A model generated the notes under the pieces. That model worked only from the letters and a program-made list of their open reading frames with translations. It searched no databases and was not told the DNA's origin. This document shows positions 41,401 to 53,879 of a DNA stretch of 64,000 bases, piece after piece. The translations under genes and the position numbers were made by a program. Position 1 is the stretch's first letter. Each line of letters begins with the position of its first letter. Source of the stretch: Geosiphon pyriformis uo1 (taxonomy: Eukaryota > Fungi > Glomeromycota); NCBI GenBank assembly GCA_016748015.1, contig JAAOMT010000198.1, forward strand, positions 46,797-110,796. The letters run 5' to 3'.

Positions 41401-42496
41401 CATTTTCAATAAATGTAGGATTCCAGTTTTTATCAGTGGATAACGCTGAAAATTCTGAAAGCGTCAATCCAACAGCAAATGGATGCTAAATATAAAATTA
41501 GTATGAGTATCAATAAATTTTTCGTAATGTTGATTAAATGAACTGAAAAGCGAATTCGCACCCCAGGGTCACTAAGTTTATCCTCATAACGGAGATGAAT
41601 ATTGTTGATTGAAATTTGAAGATTATCAATTATCTTGGTTATGAGCTGATTTATAAAAGACTGGTTTTTTTGATCGTCCTCTAGTTGAGTCCAATCCACC
41701 ATTGGAAATAAAATTGTGCAAAAAAATCTCATTTAGATAAATATTATCATTTGTAGATCCGACCTACTGCAAGAAAAATCAAACCTTCTGTGATTTCGGA
41801 TTGAGGTCTTGTCTGAAGTAATTCAGCGTGAGCCAATTTTTCTTCTTTTACTTGCTGAGCACGTCGCTCATCCTCTTCAGGATCATACTGGTTTTCAGAG
41901 TAGGTTATGTTTAAGCATGAAGATCAACATGAGAGACAAATTTGATCAATAATCAATTTCAATATATGATTTTAGGGGAACATGACAGGCAAGATAAAAA
42001 AGGCTAAACCTCTGATTCCCCTCTGGGAACTGCGAGGAGGTAGACATTGTTTATAAAGACTTTTACAGGTTTATTCTTCAGATTAGACCACGGGATGTTT
42101 AAGGTCAACTCTCCCAGGTATCCTGTATAATTGATTTGATTAACATAGGGAATATCGGGAATTTTTATTGATTTGATTTCAAATAGGTTTACATGATTTT
42201 TTAAGAAAAATTTTTTGTAACAAATAAAATAATACCCCACACCTTCCAATATGTCAATAGGCAAATTAAATTTATCGAGGGCCTCTTTCTTTAGTTGTAG
42301 ATTTCTTAAAACAACATCACCTTTAAATATTTTAAAGCAAGGACAAGCTAAGAAACAGAAACATATTTCGTTCTCGTGGGTTAAACACAAAAAACCTGCC
42401 TGTCCAGATTGCAATATTAAGTTGGTTATATTCAAGATTTGAAACATAAGCTCCTAAAATACGATTTAATACATTTGCTACCAATGATTCAAGCAT
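28885..42496 (-). CDS. VPS13: Vacuolar protein sorting 13, bridge-like lipid transfer protein, many introns
   Basis: Chorein N-terminus [53 protein letters not shown]...GELTLNIPW, then [21 protein letters not shown]-repeat motifs ([29 protein letters not shown]), QIDNQLYGG and the C-terminal [13 protein letters not shown] / ATG2_C region. Stop TAA at 28887-28885. Confidence 0.97.
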
Positions 42497-42935
42497 TTTG
42501 AGCTATGGTAGAACTCGCCAAGTAAAAACCCAACCTAAAACCCTTCTTTATAATATACCTTCAAGAAATGAAAATGATCTAACGTGATGAATCAGTGACA
42601 GTAGAATATCATTGCGCAAAGATGACACTTTATTTCAGCCACAGTTCAATGTATTACTTGACAATTTATCGTTCTATAATCTTCCAAGGCAATTACAAAT
42701 ATATATTTAAAAAACGTCATAATTTTGAAGTAATTGATTTAGCGATAAATCAAAGTTTTGTCTTTTCCAAAATGAAATAAGCAAAATTTTTTTTTGCATT
42801 TAAAAGTTAACAAAATCAGATATAACATTACAAGCTGTGGCTTGTATTTGGAAAATACATGATTCGCAATAAATTCCACTTTCATCATATCTACTAGCAA
42901 TACTCATAAGACTTTTTTCCAGACTGAATAATAAA

Positions 42936-43500
42936 ATGGATTTCGACCATTATGTTGCCGATTATCAATTGACCTCTGATCCAAAAAATTGGAGCGCTCT
43001 AGATTGTCTAAGTTATCTCAAAGAACACGTAGATTTTAGCTCTGATAGCAAAAATGACATCCTTAAGGCGTTTAGAAGAAGACTTAAGACGGCCAGTCAA
43101 TCTACAGCAATACTAGCTGGACCCAAAAAGTAGGCAGGAAGATTACATGCGACCGCCAAAGAAAGTTTCGAGAGAAGGGAAATCATTGACTTTTTTGAAA
43201 AACAGGACCAAGTATTCGCGATGGTGTGTAATTGTCCGTTTGCAGGATTGGTTTGTTACACTATATTTCAATAACTATTATTTATAGCGAAAAAATGATA
43301 GAGATGTTTTCCAAGCCGTTGATGGCGCAAAAGCAGCGGTCGCAAAATCTGCAAAAACGCAACTTGAGAGTGAGCACCACCTCGTTTTTGTTTTTCAGCA
43401 GGATATATGTACTTTAGCTTTTCATATCGATATTGACATGATTTAAGACGTTAGATGGGCCTATAACAGAAGGCCATATCAGTGTTGTTGGGCATAAGCG
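42936..43500 (+). pseudogene. N-terminal fragment of an uncharacterised gene with a premature stop
   Basis: MDFDHYVADYQLTSDPKNWSALDCLSYLKEH... has an in-frame TAG at 43131 where the inverted copy has AAG. The frame continues AGRLHATAKESFERREII, followed by intron-like sequence. Confidence 0.6.
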
Positions 43501-43951
43501 TGTAAGTCAATCGTTCTCATTAATTCATTTGTTTCTATGAAATGGTAAAAATGAAGTGGTGCTCATTCTCATAAGTTGTGTTTTTGCAGATTTTGCGACC
43601 GCTGCTTTTGCGCTATTAACGGCTTGGAAAACATCTCTATCATTTTTTCGCTATAAACAATAGTTTTTATTGAAAAATAGTGTAACAAACCAATCCTGCA
43701 AACGGACAATTACACACCATCGTGAATACTTGGTTCTGCTTTTCAAATAAGTCGATGATTTCCCTTCTCTCGAAACTTTCTTTGGTGGTCGCAAGTAATC
43801 TTCCTGCCTTCTTTTTGGGTCTAGCTAGTATTGCTGTAGATTGACTGGCCGTCTTAAATCTTCTTCTAAACAAGGATGTCATTTTTGCTAAAATCTACGT
43901 GTTCTTTGAGATAACGTAGACAATCTAGAGCGCTCCAATTTTTTGGATCAG
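42976..43951. repeat. Long inverted duplication: arms 42976-43389 and 43547-43951, spacer ~157 bp
   Basis: The arms align by eye with about 19 substitutions and 4 small indels over ~400 bp. ORF 43667-43882(-) repeats the peptide of 42936-43133(+). Confidence 0.95.
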
Positions 43952-44538
43952 GGCTAACCATACGAGCGTAGGATACCATAAATGCTAGTAAAAGCATAAA
44001 CTAGAAGAGCACTCAACTCAAGAAATGCCTAATATTTAAAAATGGTGCGGGCAACCAGGCAAACTGTAAATTGTCAGCAAATGAGCAAAGTTTCACCAAG
44101 AGGTAATCAACGCGGCCTATGTCGAACTTACGTGTAGAATGTAGAGAACTTTTGCGATGTGAAGAGAAGAGTAGAATGGACCAAAGAAACTGATAATGGA
44201 CAACTTGCGTTTATATAACACGGGTTGGAGAAGACGCGTTGTTGAAACATTTCATGATACATCACCCACGCCAGCCACGTTTACGAGTTATCTTAAAAGG
44301 GGAGAGTACCTTTCACGTGATGTTGATCGCCGGTGTGTAATCACATTACGAGGGGGGGGGGTATATGGTTATGAGAACACCTCAGAGCTAAAAATATTAT
44401 GATTGCCATTACGGAATTAGTCACAGGATCAGTTAGTTTGATTTGAGTTGATCGGCAGGCTTCCTTTTTCTTTAAACTTAATCGAAAATCAATGTAAGAT
44501 TTGATTTTTTCGGTATTATGGGCTAGTTATTGGCAAAG

Positions 44539-44835
44539 GTAAGTTATTTCTTAATTTTTGATTATTGTATATGTTTATGTACTTTTTCTCAAAGACTGGA
44601 CTAAAATCTATTTACTGTTTAAGAGTCTTTTTTAATATTATTTTTACAATTACTTAATGTATTTTTCTAATTTAGAAATACAATATGTTAATAGTCTTTA
44701 GTGTTTTTCTTGATTTTTACAATAAAGCTTTTATCAATTAATAATAATATAAATAATTTTAATCAAAAATTATTTTTCCAAAAAATTTAGCTAATAAATA
44801 ATAGTTTATTTAGTAAATAACATAAGTAAATTTCT
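44539..44835 (-). mobile_element. Eroded LTR segment, reverse complement of 60801-61097
   Basis: 44539 GTAAGTTATTTCTTAATTTTTGATTATTGT... aligns colinearly with the reverse complement of ...CAATCAAGAATTAAAGAATAACTTACA (ends 61097). Differences are almost all C>T or G>A. Confidence 0.85.
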
Positions 44836-47577
44836 TAATATTTTTAATTATAATAATTTAATTTTTAATATTATTTTTAATTTTTTTTAATTTAAAAGTT
44901 TCTTTGAATATTTATTAAAAGTAAAGGCTAAAAGATAATTAAAATAAAAGTTTGAATTGTTAGAATTAATTATTAAATTGTTGTTCTTCTTAATATTAAA
45001 ATTACAATATATATATATATATGTTTGTAGTTTTATAAAAAACATATTATAATATTTTTTTGATATTTCAACATAATATTTGTTATTATTATGAGATAAT
45101 ACTTATTACTATTATAAAATAGTGCTTTTTACTATTATAAAATAATGCTTGCTGTTACTTAAGTAGAAAAACCAAACCAAAAAGCTATAAAAATATGATT
45201 AAAAATATAATAACATAAAATAACACAAAATAACACAAAATAATATATAATAACTTGAAATAATACAAAATAACATAAAATAATATATTATAATATAAGA
45301 TAACTAGTTATAACATAAAAAAATATAACAAAAATAAAAATAGTAAGTGATAATTAAAAATAATAAATAATTAAAAGTAATTTTGTAAAACTAAAAAATA
45401 GATATAAAAATAACAGTTTTAATAAATAAAAAAAAGACAAACAAATAGTTAAAAATTTAACTTTATAATTAATCTTATTCTTTTACTTATCTTTTAAAAA
45501 ATAGTTTTCTATAAATTAAAATAAAATTATTAATTATTAATAAAAGTATTATTATTATAATTCCAACTCTATAAAAGATATTAATTAAACTTAATTATTA
45601 TCAACTCTTTTATCAACTATTTATGTTAATACTTATTGAGACTTAAACTGTACTGAACCAATAGTTCTTAATCTTGACTATTGACAGAATACTAATTTTA
45701 TTATTTTTTTATTATTATTATTTCTTTGCTTATAAATTTTTATTGTTACTAATTAATTAAAAGATTAAACATGAAAATTTTGACATCAAAAATAGTCTGA
45801 TAAAAAATCTGTGAAACAAGAATAAAAACTAAAGAATAGTTTATCAAAAAAACATAATTGCTAAATTAAATTGGTCTTTATACTAAAAAAAAAATTGTGA
45901 AAAATTACTATTGAAATCTCTGTTTATTATACAAAAAACTCAACTCAAAAATCTTTAAAACATAAAAATTTTTAGAAATTTTTGACAAAAATTAATTATT
46001 AAGTATCAAGTTATAGATTTATTATTTATTTTAATTCTCAAATAATTACTTATAATATTGCTATTATATTAATCATTATTTTTCTAAAATTATTACTATA
46101 TTATATTATAATTAGTTAATTTATTATTTTATAATTTTAATTAAATTTTTGAATCATAACATTATTTATTATTTTAAATATAACTGAAATTTTTAACAAA
46201 AGTTTATTAATAATTATATTTAAATTAAAATTAAAATTTTGTAGGTATATTTTTATAATACTTAATAATAATAAAAATTTACAAAAATAATTTAACTTGT
46301 ATAAAATTTTAATAACTTAGTTCATAAAGAATTTTAAAAAATATTTTAGAATTTTTAAATAAAAATTTAAAATTAATACTATAAAATTATAATCAAAAAT
46401 ATTAATAATTTTTTGTTAATAAAAAACTATAAATAAAAACAAAAAAATATTGTTAACATACTACTAATAATTAATGTCTATATTTTATCATAAAAAAAAC
46501 CAAATAAGAAATAAAAACCTATTTTTTAATATATATATATAAAATATTGTTTATTAAACTTAAAAAAGTTATTAAATTTTTTAATACAACTTATTAGCTT
46601 ATTATTAAATATATAATTATTTAAAATATAATTATTTTATTTGTATTTAATACATAAAAGCAATATTAAACTAGTTTAGCACAAATTTAAATCTTTAAAG
46701 ACTGAAATTAAATAAATAAATGTTTTTTTAAAAACAGCAAATTCAAAATAAACTATAATATAATATATTTACATATTGTTATTAATAAAAAAAACAAAAA
46801 TTATAATAAATAAAAAATAGCCAATAACAAAATTAAAAATTATTAAAAGCATATAATATTAAAAATTTTAGAAATTTTAGTAGAAATTTTAGAAATATTA
46901 GTAAAAATACCAGAAATTTTAATAATAACTTAAAATAATTTAAGAATTTTATATTACAGAAATTTATAAATATATAGCAAAAATATTAAAAATTAAAAAA
47001 TATTAGAAAAAAACAGATAGGATTATTTTAAAATCAGTTTAGTTACTTTTATTTTAATTAAATTTTATCTTATTTATTAATTAATAAGTTTCAGAATATT
47101 TTATTAAAATTTATATTATAATTATATTAATGTTATTAATATTTACTATAATTACTTAATAATACTAAAACAATAGCTTTTAATTATAACTATTAATAGA
47201 ATACTAATTATTATTTTATTATTTTATTATTATTATTATTGTATTAATTAAATTTACTAATTAATTATAAAAAAAACATTGAAATTATAATATTAAAAAC
47301 TGTCTGGTAAAAAATACCAAAAAAAACATAAATATAATCAAAAAATTAAGATTGTTTACCAAAAAAATATGAATATTAGAATAAATTAGTTATTATACTA
47401 AGAAAACTTTAAATTAATTATTAATTATTATTTATTAAATTTTTGTTTATTATAAAAAAAACTTTAAACCAAAATCTTTAAAAAATTTTCTAGAATATAT
47501 TACAACTAATTAAAACATTAAACTATGAAATTATTACACTAATCTAAAAATTATTTATAATAATATATATAACTAAA

Positions 47578-49782
47578 TAAAAAAACTTTTTGTTTTCTTA
47601 ATTTTATAATCATGACCAGAACAAAGAATAAAAAAGCTATACCTAATATTTTTCCTAAGATATCTAATAAAATTTCAATCAGAGGAGCTCTTTCTGTTGT
47701 AGAAACAACTAGGCAAAACATTTTAAAAGCCTTTTGTTTACTTAGTAATTGTAAAAAGCTGCTTTTGATAACTACTAAAGCAATTTTCTCTTCTTTGACT
47801 GGTTTTTTACCAGTCAAAATTCCCTTAAAAAACACACTTGGATTAGTTCCAATGTTGCCTTCACCTCTACTAAAAACCCAAAAGTATTTAATAATAGACC
47901 AGTTAATAAGTTGGTATTCTCTTCTATAGCTTTAACATCTGGTGCTTTTAACATCTTCTTTTCAAAGAAAATAGTCAAAAAGACCAAAAGTTCAGAAAAG
48001 TGAAGGCAGTTACTTGTCTCTACTATTGTTATACCAAACCTCTTTATGATTCCAAATGAGATTTCAAATAAGATTTTTGTTATATTATCTGGTATATCAT
48101 CCAAAATAGGCCAAGATCAACCATTGGTTGTGTTGCCAAATGTGGTGTTTTCTGGCAGATTATTGCCAGTTTTAGAAGCAAAACAACCATCTCCTGTGAT
48201 GTCACCTGTTCTTGAAAACTGGGCTGACCAAATAGAAACTAAATCATCTTTTTTTTTGGTTTTTGGTGCTGTTACTAGTAGTGCTTGGGAAATTATTACT
48301 AGTTGTCAAAGGTTTGCTGAATGAATGGCCTTTATTTTGGTGTCTAGTACTATTTTTAAGATCAAATTGGCTTATGTTAAGGCTGCTTTTCAGTTAATAC
48401 ATGGTTTTTTGGGTGCAAAGTCAGTATTAAAAGACAATATAAAGCTGTTTTATGTGGAGTTTACTTTTTAAATGTCTTTGGAAGCTGTATTTTTGGTTGA
48501 ACTTACAAGCTTTGTATATTTGGCCACCCTCAAAATTGCCAAGTTTTTGGTGGTTTCTGAGTCTGGTTCCTCTTCTGCTACTGTTGTACTGTATGATGCT
48601 TTTGGGTGTATCTGCTGCTAATATTAAGACAGCTCTCAGTGTATTTGGTGGTATTACTTGTGTTGTGCTGAAGTTTGCTGGCATTTGATAATATATGGTG
48701 GTTTATTTTGAGAAGCTGGACTCTGCTGTGTCTGCTTTAAATCATTGGTTAGTCTTGGTAGGCAAGAATAGTATTAGAATTCTCCCTTTGATAAATCAAA
48801 ATGAGACTATTTTGTTTTGTAATAGATTTAAGACCAAGTTGGTCAATCTTCCTTCTGAATGTACAGCTTTTGAAATTAGTAATATGATTTTTTAAGTTGG
48901 TCATCAGTTCTCAAGCTGATTTGAATTCTGTTATTGTCAAAACTGGTACACTGAAAAAACGCTGTATTTGATGAGAAACTCCTGGTTGTTAGTGTTGTTT
49001 CAAGTATTAAGAGTTAGATCATCTGGTTGCAGACTGTAAGATTTTTTTATCTTTTCCTTCCAAGTTTTCCAAGGTGTTTACATCATACTTTATTAGTCTT
49101 AAGTTTTATGCCAAGGCTTCTGCTTTCTTGAACTTCTCTGGATTTCTATCTTTGTTATCTCTTGTCTCTTTTCCAGTTATTGCTGGTGATCTTTTGGTGC
49201 TGTCCTGATTATCTTCTTTGAAATTTGATTTAACTAAGCTTTTTGTTTTAGTTGAGTCTATTGTTAAGCTTATTGACTTTTTGGTTACAACTTTTGAACA
49301 GTTTATTAATAATGATTTGGTTTTAAGTAGTATTCTTGGTCTTAGAATTAATAAAGTTTTGGTGCATATAAGTTGCTTTAATAAGACTGTTAATAAGTTG
49401 AGAAGAGATGATCTTTTTGAAAAAAGAGTGCTATATGAAAAATATTAATATGTCTGGTAATTTAGAGTATTTAATTGGTATGAATGATAATATATTTTCT
49501 AACTTAATGTCTCTTTGGGCTCATAAACCTATTCATATTAAAACTGATTTTTTGAAAACAGTTGAATGGCTGGTTGAATTGGTTTTTAATAGTGTTACTT
49601 TGTTTAGTATTATTCAGAAGATATTTTTTTTAGATAAGTTTTTTTTTAAGATTTCAATATAATGTGTCCTTGATTGGTCTGAATAATTAATTACGTGTAG
49701 AAAACACATAATTAGCACCTAGTTTAGATCACTTAATTTAATGTATTGTACTAGATAGCTTTTGGACTGCACTTATTAAGCA

Positions 49783-49831
<49 letters not shown>
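47578..49831 (+). mobile_element. ORF1-only non-LTR element, copy A (eroded), with LINE-type 3' tail and ~45-nt poly(A)
   Basis: Colinear with copy B from the short leader AAAAAACT(T/C)TTTGT.T.CTTAATTTTAT onward. Fragmented ORF ends at 49662, tail spans 49671-49784, then an A-tract. No endonuclease or RT motifs. Confidence 0.85.
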
Positions 49832-49833
<2 letters not shown>

Positions 49834-50984
49834 AAATTGCATAAAATAATACAAGTTTTTTTATATAAAATTTGAAAGATTATAAACTATAATACTAATT
49901 AAAAGCATATATAAAAGAATATAATATTAGTTTTTTAAATTTTATATTTGTTTATTAATATTAACTTTAATAATAAATATAAAGTTTTTTTATAAAAATT
50001 AACTATTTAAAGATAATTAGATTAGTAGTTTTAATACTTTTAAACTTTATTAATATTTTTTGTTAAAGACTAATTAATTGTATTTGATTATTTTATCTTA
50101 TTAAATTTAGCTAATATTAATTTTAATACTAATTTAAAAAAATTAATTAAAATTTTTTTAATAATAAATTTTTAATTAAATTTAATATTAACTTGTTTTA
50201 AATTAGTATTTATTAAAATTTTCTTATCAATAACCAATTTTTTAGTTTGATTAAGATTAAATTCAAAAATAAATATTAATTAAATAATTTTATAAAATTT
50301 TAAGAAAATAAAAATCTTTTTAAACTTATTTATTTGGTAAAATAATTTTTTAATAATTCTTAACTTTTTATTCAAATTTTTATTAAAAACAATTAATATA
50401 TTAATATTTAACATAAATAATTTTACAAATTCAAAATTTTTTTTTAATTAACAAAAATTATGATATTTGTATTAACAGAAATTGAAAAAAAAATCTGATA
50501 TTTTATTATTATTTATATTATTAATAACAAAAAAATATAGATATTTTAACAGATTAAAAATTATAATATAAGTTTAATATAGTATTATATTATTCATATT
50601 TTATCTAAATTTTCAATGTTTAAAGTTTTATTGATTTTTTTTATCTTATTTTCTATTTTATTTTTTTATAACTTATATAAAACTTGATTTAAGATATTTA
50701 AAATATTTAAAGCCAAAAAATTTGCAAATAAATCAATTATAATAACAAAATTATTAAGCTTTTTAGCTTTTTTGTTAATATTTCTATAAATAAAGTTAGT
50801 AAAACTAATTTTTTTGGATATTTGAATAGGTATTTCTATTAATTTTATCTGTATTCAAGATTTTAACAGAAAAAATCACTAGTTTTATTACTTAAAAAAA
50901 TTAGTATTGGCAAAAATAATTATAATTTAGTTTTAAAAATAAAAAACTTTTTTATATTTATTTATAATTATATTATTTAAAAAT

Positions 50985-53256
50985 TAAAAAACTCTTTGTC
51001 TCCTTAATTTTATGACCACAACCAGAGCAAAGAGTAAAAAGGCTGCACCTGATATCTGTCCTAAGATATCTAATAAAATTTCAATCAGAGAAGCTCTTTC
51101 TGTTGTAGAAGCAACTAGGCAAAACGTTTTAGAAGCCTTCCTCTTACCCAGTAATCATGAAAAGCTGCCTTTGGTAGCCACTGAATCAACTTCCTTATCT
51201 TTGGCTGGTTTTTCACCAGTCAAAGTTTCTTCAAAGAGACACATTTGGGTTAGTTCCAGTGTTGCCTCCACCCCGACTAAAAGCCCAAAAGTTTTTAATA
51301 ATAGACCAGTAAATAAGCTGGTCTTCCCTTCTATAGACTCAATACTTGGTGCTTCTGGTACTACCTCTTCAAAAAAATAGTCAAAAAGACCAAAAGTTCA
51401 GAAAAGTGGGGGCAGTCGCTTGCCTCTGCTATTGTTACACTGAACCCCTTTGTGGTTCCCAATGAGATCTTAGATGAGATCTCAGTAGTATCATCTGGCA
51501 CGTTATCCAAGATAGGCCAAGATCAACCACTGGCTGTGTTGTCAAATGTGGTGTTTTCTGGTAGATCATCGCCAGTTTTAGAAGCAAAACAATCTTCTCC
51601 TGTTGGGTCATCTGTTCTTGGGAACTGGGCTGATCAAATGGAAACTGATTTATCATCTCCTTTAGTTTCTGGTGCTACTTCTGGTAGTGCTTGGGAAACT
51701 ATTACTAATCATCAAAGGTTTGCTGGGTGGGTGGCCTCCACTCTGGTGCCTGGTGCTACTTTTAAGATCAAATTGGCTCATGTTAAGACTGTTTTTCAGT
51801 CTGTGCATGGTTTCTTGGGTGCTAAATCTGTTTCAAAAAACAATGTGAAGCTTTTCTGTATGGAGTTTGCTTCTCAACAGTCTTTGGAAGCTGCGTTTCT
51901 GATTGAGCTTACAAGCTCTGTTTGTTTGGTCACTCTCAAAATTGCCAAGTCTTTGGTGGTTTCTGAATTTGGTTCCTCTTCTGCTGCTGTTGCACTGCAT
52001 GATATACCTTTGGGTGTGTCTGCTGCTGACATTAAGTTGGCTCTCAGTGTGTTTGGTAGTGTTACTCGTGTTGTACTGAAGCCTGCTGGCATTTGGCAGT
52101 ATATGGTGGTTTATTTTGAAAAGTTGGACTCTGCTGTGTTTGTCTTGAAGCATTGGTCAGTTTTGGTGGGCAAAAATAGTGTTAGAATCCTCTCTTTAGT
52201 GAATCAAAATGAGACTATTTTGTTTCATGATAAGTTTAAAACCAAATTGGTCAACCTTCTCTCTGGCTGTACTGTTTTTGAAATCAGTGATATGATTTCT
52301 CAGATTGGTGGTCGAACATGTTTCATCCCTTGTTCTACTAATTTTGGTCATTGTTCCCAGTTTGCTTTGGTTACATTTGACTCTCAAAGTGATTTGGATT
52401 CTGTTGTAGTCAAGACTGGTACTCTAAGGAAATACTATATCTGGTGAGAAACTTCTGGCTGCTGGTGCTGTTTTAGGTGTCAAGAAATGAGCCATCTGGC
52501 TGTAGATTGCAAGATTTTCCCACCTTCCACTTTCAAGGTTCTCAAGGTTTTCAAGTCTTGTTTTGTGGGTTCTGCTTCATATGCCAAGACTGCTGTTTCT
52601 TCTGGTCTTTCTGAGTTTCCTCCTTTAGTGGCTTCTTCAGCTGCTTCTGCTGCTAATCCTGCTGTTAGTTCCAGGTTGGACTCTTTGAAAAAGCAGATTT
52701 CGGATTTGGCTGCTCTGGTTAAGTCTATTGTTGAGCCTGTTGGTTCTTTGGTTGCTTTGGTGTCTTGTCTTCTTGATGATAATGCCATTAAGACTGTTCA
52801 AGTCGAGAAAGATATCATTTTCATGAAGAGTGCTGCTAACAATTTTTCTAATCTCATGGTTGGAGTTTCCAAGAACATTGCTTGTCTTAGATCTGAGGTT
52901 GACTTTGGTGATATGGATTATGATGGTGTTCTGGCTGCTAAGCCTTCTTTTTTAAGTGAGAACACTATTGAGCGTGTCATTGCTTTGTGGCGAATATCTG
53001 GTGCTGAAACCAAGGACAATATTGAGTCTACTAGATTGTTTCTTAGTGAGTTTATTTTTGACTCTAGAAATCTAAATGGTATCATTGAAAGAATTTGTGG
53101 GTTGGAGTTATTCTTACCTATTTTTGATTCAGTGTAGTGAGTCCTTGATTGGGCCGAGTGTCTGATCACATATAGAAAATACATGATTTACACCTATAAT
53201 GTAATCCCTTTTATGGTATCATAGTTTAGGTAGTATTTGGGTCTTGCTTGTTAAAA
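50985..53256 (+). mobile_element. ORF1-only non-LTR element, copy B: RRM-like domains, CCHC zinc knuckle, coiled coil and 3' tail
   Basis: ORFs 51012-51380, 51452-52447 and 52487-53137 form one broken reading frame. RRM-like segments LHDIPLGVSAADIKLALSVFGSVTRV...YMVVYFEK and FALVTFDS; knuckle CFRCQEMSHLAVDC; heptads LDSLKKQISDLAALVKSI. The tail starts at 53146, just after the stop. Confidence 0.85.
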
Positions 53257-53879
53257 TATAATAATATTATTTATTATATATATATTTTTTATGTACAGTT
53301 TATTTATTTTTGTAAAATTTTAATAATATTATATTTATTATGTATTATATATAAAAATATTTATATATATAAGATTAAAAATATCTAAAATTAGATTTAT
53401 TATAAAACCCAAAAACTATAATATTTTATGCTTTTTTAAAAACAAAAACAAAATAAAAAAATTGTGTTATATATTTTAAAATATATAAAAATAAAATTAT
53501 TATTTAAACAAAAAAAAATTTATTATAAAATTTATTAAAAAAAGCTCTTAAACAGAAATTAATAAATTTTTTTTTAAAAAACTAGCAAAAAATAAAAATA
53601 AAAATAAATAATTAAATATTATGTAAAAATAATTATATATATATATATTACCATTATAATTAAACTTTTATTTTTTATTTTTATTTATTAACTAGTTATA
53701 AATAATTATAAATATTAATTATTAATATTATTTAGTTATTTTATTTTTAAACTAGTTATTAATATAATTGATTAATAATCTGATTATTAATTTAATTATT
53801 AATTTGGTATTAACTTAATTATTAATCAAATTATTAATGTAATCACTAACTAATTGTTAATAATATATAAGAAAAACCT

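Larger units (their letters stand above)
44539..53870. mobile_element. Second AT-rich block of nested, eroded retroelements
   Basis: Starts exactly at an LTR end. Contains a repeated LTR-like segment (~45690-45960 similar to ~47200-47490) and two ORF1-only elements. Confidence 0.85.

Noticed and set aside
43960-44300. WRKY/GCM1-like peptide (LTCRM.../FCDVKRRVEW) suggesting a MULE-type fragment
   Set aside because: It needs a frameshift and stop read-through, and has no WRKY-like heptapeptide or HxH. Too weak to call.
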